From positions 114,514,001 through 114,578,000 of the forward strand of contig OX597815.1 of the NCBI GenBank assembly GCA_951406725.2: a stretch of 64,000 nucleotides of DNA. The letters run 5' to 3'. The notes under the pieces were generated by a model that was not told the origin of the DNA, searched no databases, and saw nothing but the letters and a program-made list of their open reading frames with translations. Made by a program: the position numbers and the translations under genes. This stretch comes from Octopus vulgaris. Its lineage: Eukaryota. The stretch's first letter is position 1; each line of letters starts with the position of its first letter. Below are positions 54,678 through 64,000 of the stretch, in pieces.

Positions 54678-56696
54678 AAGGGACAGGCAAAACAGGTTGC
54701 TTGACCGCATACCGAAAAATAGAAATAGCAGTCAAGAATGCTTATTTCTATCAAAGTTGGACTCTGGCATGACAGACCCTGTAATTCACATATGCAAAAC
54801 AGAAGGAATAGATAACGAATACGAAGTCTGGCGGTTATCTGTGAACATCATGTTTCTGGATTATAAACATATTGAATATATATTCCATATATTTTTGATA
54901 TATATTTCATATATATTGCATATATATTTCACATCCTTCTTCAGCACAGCTTTCCATTGAAAAAGATTTATCATAGATTTATCAAATGCTACGTACCTCA
55001 AACCTTCTGACCATGCGACATCAAAATATTTGAAGAAAGTGAGCAAAGGCTAAACCTACATAGACGTTTGAATTCATAAATCTTCCCTCCAAAATTGTGC
55101 CATGCGCATTACAGTTAGGTTGTCAAAGGGAGTGAAAAATCCAAATAGTAATTTAATGATAAGAGTAAATAATTTCTATAAAGGCTTTTAAAAAAACCCA
55201 ATTATTTACTGGTAGAATTCGGTATGTAAATATAGCCCATTACCGGCAGGAACTTCTGTAAAGTTCAGTATATATATTGTATATAAGAAAAAGGGACAGG
55301 CAAAACAGGTTGCTTGACCGCATACCGAAAAAATAGAAATAGCAGTCAAGAATGCTTATTTCTATCAAAGTTGGACTCCGGGCATGACAGACCCTGTAAT
55401 TCACATATGCAAAACAGAAGGAATAGATAACGAATACGAAGTTCTGGCGGTTATTGTGAACATCATGTTTCTGGATTATAAACATATTGAATATATATTC
55501 CATATATTTTTGATATATATTTCATATATATTGCATATATATTTCACATCCTTCTTCAGCACAGCTTTCCATTGAAAAAGATTTATCATAGATTTATCAA
55601 ATGCTACGTACCTCAAACCTTCTGACCATGCGATAAATCTATGATAAATCTTTTTCAATGGAAAGCTGTGCTGAAGAAGGATGTGAAATATATATGCAAT
55701 ATATATGAAATATATATCAAAAATATATGGAATATATATTCAATATGTTTATAATCCAGAAACATGATGTTCACAGATAACCGCCAGACTTCGTATTCGT
55801 TATCTATTCCTTCTGTTTTGCATATGTGAATTACAGGGTCTGTCATGCCCGGAGTCCAACTTTGATAGAAATAAGCATTCTTGACTGCTATTTCTATTTT
55901 TTCGGTATGCGGTCAAGCAACCTGTTTTGCCTGTCCCTTTTTCTTATATACAATATTTATACTGAACTTTACAGAAGTTCCTGCCGGTAATCGGCTATAT
56001 TTACATACCGAATTCTACCAGTAAATAATTGGGGTTTTTTTAAAAGCCTTTATAGAAATTATTTACTCTTATCATTATATTACTATTTGGATTTTTCACT
56101 CCCTTTGACAACCTAACTGTAATGCGCATGGCAAAATTTTGGAGGGAAGATTTATGAATTCAAACGTCTATGTAGGTTTAGCCTTTGCTCACTTTCTTCA
56201 AATATTTTGATGTCGCATGGTCAGAAGGTTTCAGGTACGTAGCATTTGATAAATCTATGATAAATCTTTTTCAATGGAAAGCTGTGCTGAAGAAGGATGT
56301 GAAATATATATGCAATATATATGAAATATATATCAAAAATATATGGAATATATATTCAATATGTTTATAATCCAGAAACATGATGTTCACAGATAACCGC
56401 CAGACTTCGTATTCGTTATCTATTCCTTCTGTTTTGCATATGTGAATTACAGGGTCTGTCATGCCCGGAGTCCAACTTTGATAGAAATAAGCATTCTTGA
56501 CTGCTATTTCTATTTTTTCGGTATGCGGTCAAGCAACCTGTTTTGCCTGTCCCTTTTTCTTATATACAATATATATACTGAACTTTACAGAAGTTCCTGC
56601 CGGTAATCGGCTATATTTACATACCGAATTCTACCAGTAAATAATTGGGGTTTTTTTAAAAGCCTTTATAGAAATTATTTACTCTTATCATTATAT

Positions 56697-56740
<44 letters not shown>

Positions 56741-56938
56741 GTGTGCGTGTGTGTCTGTGTGTGTTTGTGGTTGTTCCCCATCACTGCTTGACAACTGGTG
56801 TTGGTGTGTTTACGGCCCCGTAACTTAACGGTTTGGCAAAAGTGACCGATATAATAAGTGCCAGTCTGTAAAAAAAAACAGGTACTGCGGTCGATTCGAT
56901 CGACTAAAATTCTTCAAGGCGGTGCCCCAGCATGGCCC
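54530..56938 (+). mobile_element. Family-C SINE split by a ~2 kb insertion in its internal (TA)n
   Basis: Head half at 54530-54620 (accttgggcaagtgtcttcta) and tail half at 56740-56938 (gcttgacaactggtgttggtgtgtttac...ggtgccccagcatggcc). Confidence 0.8.
54673..56700. repeat. 615/616-bp unit, ~1.55 direct copies then ~1.75 inverted copies; palindrome arms ~54673-55598 and 55632-56560, 33-bp spacer
   Basis: The same segment recurs at 54768/55384 (+) and 55846/56462 (-), as the four near-identical MTDPVIHICK.. ORF translations also show. Confidence 0.97.
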
Positions 56939-57456
56939 CGCACACGCACACACACACACCAACACACACACATTACATTTTTGTTTAGCTTAACTTATAG
57001 ATATCTACATAAAATATAACCACGCTCACACGAACACACACACACGCATATATATATATATATACACACCTACACACAAACGCATATACACTCTCATACA
57101 CATTCGTACACACACACACACACACAAGCATGCACTCAAACACACGCACAAATACACATAGATAAATACAAATATGCAAAATACACACACGCTTGAAATA
57201 CTAACACATTCACAAAACATATCCACACACTAACACAAATATACACACAGGTATATACATAGAAATACAGTCACGATATATTTTCGTTTATAAATTCCTT
57301 CAACTTCCCTTGATCCTCAGATGAACTTAGACATCCGGAACTAAAAGATAACCCTTCAGCAATTCAAAGCTTTCATTCATGTCAAACTAATCAAAACCTA
57401 CCACAGCACCACATTCCTTCCTCACACCATATTCACACCGTTTCCCTTTCCACCAG

Positions 57457-57718
<262 letters not shown>

Positions 57719-57973
57719 GCGTTTCCATCCCCCCTCTCTCTCTGCTCTTGTTCAACTTTCTCAACGAGCCAACAAAAGTGTTTTATAGGGTCATTCGTTC
57801 TGCTAAAAATAGGTGCAAAATCTTTCTTCAGCTCATACCCTACTGAAAAAAGTCGTGGATCCCCTGATCAGGCAGAATTTCGTACATTCACACACACAAA
57901 CACACACATATGCAAATATATGTGTGGGTGTATAAATGTAAAATGCATACATGCATACACACACATATAGGCA

Positions 57974-58050
<77 letters not shown>

Positions 58051-58059
58051 TGATACTTT

Positions 58060-58624
58060 CATGGGTTTCTGCCAGTATTGGCTCAGGCCATATCTAACTT
58101 AATAGCACTACCTGGCGATTAGAGAGTTATTGTTTATGGAGACATATCCGGATGTAGGAGGTTTATCCGGGATTTCTTGAAGGAATTTATCCAAAGGCTT
58201 CTTGAACTTTATGGGGTCTGTTTCTGCTTTAATGTGCTTCGGTGTAATGTTAAAGAGAGCGGAGCCAGTTGAGATGAAATAATTGTGCTGTATTGTGGTT
58301 ATGCGATGTGAGTGTGATTTCTGGTGTGGGCGGATAGCACGGGGCCCAAGTCTTGGGTGTGTCTTAAAGGTGATGCCAACATCATTTGGACAATGCTGAT
58401 GGAATATTTTCCACGTCATGCAGATGATGTAGCACTCACGGGGACGCTGGAGAGAATAAAGCTTGAACTTTTCTACTCGACCCCCATAGTCAAGACCTGT
58501 TATGCCATCTATCTTTATTGTAATTGACCTTTGAGGTGCTTCAACTTTCATGATACTTTGTTTCATATGGGGAGACCAAAGTGGACAGCAGCATTCAAGA
58601 TCGGGTCGGGGAAAAGTAGAGAAG

Positions 58625-58625
<1 letters not shown>
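58060..58625 (-). mobile_element. CR1-group LINE 3' fragment (RT thumb/C-terminus)
   Basis: RPDLECCCPLWSPH...KVEAPQRSIT..I.G...LDY..R...KLYSLQR.RE...WKI...LFN..P...FKK.LDKFL..IPD.P. Confidence 0.9.
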
Positions 58626-58667
<42 letters not shown>

Positions 58668-58701
58668 ACAATATATATATATATATATATATAGATAGAT
58701 T

Positions 58702-58769
<68 letters not shown>

Positions 58770-58934
58770 TAGGCGCCGCAGAAGCGGCTGTGTGGTAAGT
58801 AGTTTGCTTACCAACCACGTGGTTCCGGGTTCAGTCCCACTGCGTGGCACCTTGAGCAAGTGTCTTCTACTATAGCCCGGGACCGACCAAAACCTTGTGA
58901 GTGGATTTGGTAGACAGAAACTGAAAGAAGACCG

Positions 58935-58979
<45 letters not shown>

Positions 58980-59375
58980 TCACCTCAATATCGCTTGACA
59001 ACCGATGTTGGTGTGTTTACGTCCCCGTAAATTAGCGGCTCGGCAAAATATACCTATAGAATAAGTACCAGGCTTACAAAGAATAAGTCCTTTGCTCGAC
59101 TAAAGGCAGTACTACAACATGGCCGCAGCCAAATTACTGAAACAAGTAAAAGAATACAAGAATATATATATATATATATATATCTTTTTTTCTTAAATTC
59201 TTTTATCTGTTTCAGTCATTTGCCTGCGGCCATGCTGGAGCACCGCCTTGTGTCGAACAAATCGACCTAGGACTCATTCTTTGTAAGCCTAGTACTTATT
59301 CTGTCGGTCTCTTTTGCCAAAAGGCTAAGTTACGGGGATGTAAACACACCAACGTCAGTTGTCAAGCGATGGTGT
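58770..59375. mobile_element. Tail-to-tail family-C SINEs (plus 58770-59158 full-length; minus 59195-59375 3' half)
   Basis: Head ggctgtgtggtaagtagtttgcttaccaaccacgtggttccgggttcagtcccactgcg. The second copy is the reverse complement of the tail. Confidence 0.9.
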
Positions 59376-59715
59376 GGTGATCACACTGACGAGTTGCGGA
59401 CATCTACGTAAGTGATTACGTAGGTGGTAACAACGAAACTGGTTTGTGATTAATCTGTATATTTTGCATCTTTTCATTTGTCTTGCTCGCTTACGTTCGG
59501 ACGTTTTCTAAATTTTCTTGAGAACATTCCTTTCTTAGTGATAAGACCATAGGAGTCGACTTCTAACATATGGACGTTCACTTAGTGGTCATCCCTCTTA
59601 TATGTATGTAATATAATTTTTCTGAATCTTCAGATTTTTCTATATGCTAGACCACTTGTTTTAAATTGATATTAATCAATTAATATTCAATTTTTCACCT
59701 TTATTATCTTAAATT

Positions 59716-59761
<46 letters not shown>

Positions 59762-59799
59762 TGTATGTATGTATGTATGTGTGTATGTATGTATGTATG

Positions 59800-60020
59800 T
59801 GTGTGCGTGTATCTGTCCTCCTCATCACCACTTGACAACCAGTGTTGGTGTGTTTATGTCCCCGTAACTTGGTAGTTCAGCTAAAGAGACGGATAGAATA
59901 AGTACTAGGCTTTAAAAATAAGTCCCGAGGGTTGATCTGTTCGACTAAAATCCTTCAAGGTGGCACTCCAGCATGGCCGCAGTCAAACGACTGAAACAAG
60001 TAAAAAAAACAAAAAAGAAT
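59800..60020 (+). mobile_element. Family-C SINE 3' half
   Basis: cttgacaaccagtgttggtgtgttta...ctccagcatggccgcagtcaaacgactgaaacaagtaaaa. Confidence 0.85.
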
Positions 60021-60022
60021 GT

Positions 60023-60163
<141 letters not shown>

Positions 60164-60789
60164 CAAATACGCTATTTTAAGATAGTATATTACATTGGCT
60201 TCATATCATTGTATCCTATATTCCTATATTCCCACTCAATATGGTTTTATGTCTATGCTACGAAACATTATTATCCTGCAGAAAAATAGCGATAAAAATT
60301 TGATTTCCGAGTTTCAAATCAATCTCTGAAATATGTGTAACGTGTAATGTGGTAGCTTGATTGAATACATTTATTATTTCTTTATTAATGAAATAGATGT
60401 CATTCTCAGAACCTTTTCAACAACTATAGACAAAATAATAACTGTACAAATATATATTGTCGAGGCAATATGTGAAACGCTATAGGTTTTCCGATATTAC
60501 CAATATTTGAGAATGTATTTCATCTGTTGAGCACAAATTGTGTGTGTGAGAAATAGAACAAAAATAGGCAAAAAGACCATGTGTGTATCAGGAATTAAGG
60601 AATTGGGGGAAAAAAAACTAGAACAAAAAGAAAGTTATAGTAATATTTATTGCAATGTTCTGGAATTGTCTGATGGTCATGTTCATTTGTAAAAAGGTTC
60701 CATTATGTCTATTATTTAAAACCCCACATTGTATTCTCTATTACTATCCCAACGTATTTTTGTGAATCCCCAGTGAATAATGAAGAAAA

Positions 60790-60886
<97 letters not shown>

Positions 60887-60889
60887 TTT

Positions 60890-61195
60890 ACTATTCAGTA
60901 GTTTTATTTTTATATCATGCTTTCACTTCACTACTGAGCGCAGCTCTGTGTGCCTTGGGTATGTGCTGTGGTTTGTTGTGATGCTCTTATGGCTACTGTA
61001 TTGAAAGTGTTTTGCATAGGATGTGTCCAGTGCCCAATAGTGCAATTTTCTGTATGTTGTATATATTTGTAAGTCCTGGTGTTTTTATTATGTATTTGTC
61101 TGAATATTTTTTTTATCATTCCTAATGCGCCTACTATGATAGGAATTGTTTCTGTTTTTAGATTCCACATTCGAGTTACCTCTATTTCCAGATAA
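60890..61195 (-). mobile_element. 3' fragment of an R4/Dong-like element ending in (TAA)n
   Basis: LEIEVTRMWNLKTETIPIIVGALGMIKK plus 3'UTR, running into the (TTA)n tract at 60791-60885. Confidence 0.88.
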
Positions 61196-61401
61196 AATAA
61201 AGCACCCGTCAAGTACTGGGGTGAATGTAATCGGCTAACCCACTTCCTTCAAAGTTACTACCTATGTGTCAAAATCAGAAGTCATTATGTTATAAACATT
61301 GATTATGACTCCGATTGTGTTTCATAATTTACGGTTGTTTTAGCGTAACACTTGTTTCATTATATCAAAGACTCTTTATGATAAGTATAATGATAATAAC
61401 A

Positions 61402-61830
61402 GTGAAGGTACGTTGCCTAGTGGTTAGGATACGGCCTTCATGAGTGGAAGATCTTGGTTTCAATTCCCGGACTGGCCGGTGCATTGTGTTCTTGAGAAAA
61501 ATACTTAATTTCACGTTGGTTCAGTCCACCCAGCTGCTAATGAATAACCCTGCAATGGACAGGCATCCAATGTTGTGATCTAGGTCACTTAACGAGTCTC
61601 AGACATTTACTCCCCATGGACAATAACACCCCGCCCCAAGGAAAATTACACCTGAGGACAACAGATGATGATTTAAAACTTCTTAATATATTGGAGAGGG
61701 AGTAATTAACCAAGGGGGTAATTGTACTAAGGGGTAGTTGTCGTCGGGGGGAATTGTCCTATATGGGTAATTGTCCTGATACGCACTTACACACCATAGA
61801 AACCGGTTAAATGGCCCTAAGAAACCTAGA
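61402..61830 (+). mobile_element. V-domain-like SINE interrupted by a ~200-bp element with subterminal GGGTAATTGTCC-type repeats
   Basis: SINE head at 61402-61570 resumes at ~61785 (cacaccatagaaaccgg). The insert has ggacaat/aattacacc motifs on the left and 4-5 ggg(t)aattgtc(c) motifs on the right. Confidence 0.65.
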
Positions 61831-61855
61831 AATCGAGATAGTGATGTCCAGAGGT

Positions 61856-61943
<88 letters not shown>

Positions 61944-61947
61944 GTCG

Positions 61948-61986
<39 letters not shown>
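61856..61986. repeat. (GAT)n directly followed by (CAT)n, a self-complementary tract
   Basis: Direct reading. The switch is at ~61897. Confidence 0.95.
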
Positions 61987-61987
<1 letters not shown>

Positions 61988-62689
61988 AAGAGATTTTTTC
62001 TTGAAAATTTATTTTGATGCGTTATTGTATCTTCGAATAGAGAACAACACACATAAAGTGTGTATTGCCAAGAAGCAGAGGAGTAACTATGCAGTTGCTA
62101 TTCCTGTAAGAAATAGCAACTAAATCTTCGTCAAATAACACCCTTTCTTTAAAAAGAAGGAAGGTCATATTAGGTAACGTAGTGCTAGACATACTATGCC
62201 TGAATATAAGACAGAAAGTTATGGAGGGAATGCTTTATCTTAGATGTTGACTACATACATGGCAGAAATCAACTTGTGACCGAGTAAGACCACTTCTTGG
62301 ATCCACTTTACACTAAGAAACATCTCAAGTGTCGTCTCCCTATTGTTGATGATGTCTCATATGGCTCCCAAGACCTACACGTCATTCCACACTGACAACA
62401 AGTCGCGCCTCCTCTCAACAACGGCCCGACCATCTGAATGTTGAAACCTACAATACCGAGTGAGACTGACGTAAGGTGTACCAAGAAACATACTGGATAT
62501 CACACTGGTAGATAGGATTGCCTCCGTGACTACATTTGCAACTGATTAGGCCTGCCTTTGAGAAGCAGACACGACCACACTGGTCACACGACAGAGACTG
62601 TTTTGCGTCCTTCTCACGTGGGGTGGGGTTATATTCTCTATATATTTACCATACCGTTTCAACTCAGTATGTAACTTGTTTTCGAATTC

Positions 62690-62900
62690 TTTAACACCTG
62701 TAGCAATCATATTCTTCCACAGTTGTCTATCTAATGCAAAACCTTCGCAGATGTTAGTATTTACATTGATCTTTTTAAGAGTCTCTTTAAGATTGTATTT
62801 GAGATGTTACGTGGCTTGCACTGGAGACGCTTTCTTTTCTTCAGCTCACCATACAACACTTGATTTGGAATTCGGGTGTCCTCTAAACGGACAAGGTAAC
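62690..62900 (-). mobile_element. RTE/BovB-like LINE C-terminal remnant
   Basis: DTRIPNQVLYGELKKRKR...P on the minus strand. Confidence 0.7.
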
Positions 62901-62944
62901 AAGACCATCATACACATACATATATACATTCATACATGCATACC

Positions 62945-63665
62945 TAATAAACAAGAGACAGTGAAGCCCTAGATTTCAAGATGCAACCGAAAACATAGAT
63001 TGTCATATTTCTGTGGAAGACATCACACGTGGTTAGCAGCTACCCAAAAATGTCATCAAAGTACTACCTCCCGATGCGACACAACCTTGTCGCAAAGACA
63101 ATATATAATGCCATCCGGAAAAAGACTGTCCTGAAATAAATATAGAGAATACCCCTGTTATGGAATACGTACACAAACATCAACATAAAGAATACTGGTG
63201 GAACATTCTCATCAAAACATCTGTCAAGTGTAAGCTTAACAGGCCGGATATTGTTACTTGGGACAGACAAGGAAAAGTATGTATTACCATGGAGGTCAGC
63301 TGTCCTGCAGGCGTGAATATATTTTTGAAAACCAATGAGAAAGAGGATAGCTATGGAATGGACAGCTGCTTCGAAACTTCCAATTTCTATATCCAGATTA
63401 CAAATTTACATTTATACCAATAATAATTGATGTATTAAGTTTTGATAGTAAAGGTCCAACTGACAGTCTGGATAAGCTTGGATTTTCAGAAATAGAAATC
63501 AACCAACTCACACATTACAAATACAATTTATAAGTGGAGCAGCAAAAATATAACAAGACTTTTCTCAAGTTTAAAATATAACATCGTTTTCGTTATCTAC
63601 ATTCCAGCGATGGAGTTTTATATCTTTGTTAGAAACCAGTTCCTTCTTCAGAGGAAGAATTTAAA
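62945..63665 (+). mobile_element. Decayed RLE-type non-LTR retrotransposon 3' part (family distinct from the 20.5 kb element)
   Basis: PKMSSKYYLPMRHNLVAKTIYN, EYWWNILIKT..K.NRPDIVTWD..K.C..MEVSCP (RH + PD..E endonuclease motifs), followed by 3'UTR-like sequence. Confidence 0.85.
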
Positions 63666-64000
63666 TAATTAAAAACAGAACTTACAGACATACATATATA
63701 TATATATATGAAATTTCGTCCGTCAAATTTGACGATGATCTTGTAGCTGTAAAAAAAATTAAACTAAATAAAAAAGAATGAAAGAAAACGGAGAAGAATT
63801 GCTTATTTATGGCATTTTCTTCCCGCTCCATCCTCAACCTCAGAAGTTCTCAACCGGGAATATATTTTAATACACAGAAGAAAGAGTGTCATAAACAGGC
63901 CGATAAGGCCTATTCCTGGTAGAGAACGCTTTGCCACAGGTCACTTATGAGTGCTATTAATAACATGTACCCCCAGTACAATCTGTTGTAAGTCGAATGG

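Noticed and set aside
54607-56462. Four-copy 63-aa ORF MTDPVIHICKTEG... as a gene family
   Set aside because: It only reflects the duplicated unit. Indels differ between copies, the C-terminus is AT-repeat derived, and no domain was recognised.

Overview
AT-rich, microsatellite-dense eukaryotic DNA. The SINE families look like those of Octopus (coleoid cephalopod), but this is inferred from memory and not from a search. No host protein-coding gene, rRNA, real tRNA or CRISPR array could be supported, so the window reads as intronic or intergenic and consists mostly of mobile-element debris. Contents: (1) a near-intact, 5'-truncated R4/Dong-type non-LTR retrotransposon (RT + CCHC + restriction-like endonuclease, 20503-23050) in a ~6 kb pile-up of elements inserted in (TAA)n; (2) further RLE, RTE, CR1 and Tx1/L1 LINE fragments; (3) decayed Tc1/mariner elements and MITEs; (4) non-autonomous Helitrons; (5) many tRNA-derived SINEs. 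The most unusual signals are a small family of Penelope-like termini carrying minimal, probably dimer-type hammerhead ribozyme motifs with non-canonical cores (49.2, 49.7, 53.45 kb), a ~2 kb tandem-plus-inverted palindrome of a 616-bp unit inserted in a SINE's (TA)n (54.7-56.7 kb), a 300-bp-arm hairpin with a step in arm identity (44.0-44.7 kb), and recurrent fold-backs centred on (TA)n. Most ORFs in the supplied track are microsatellite translations. Boundaries were read by eye and are approximate unless a TSD or TIR is quoted.
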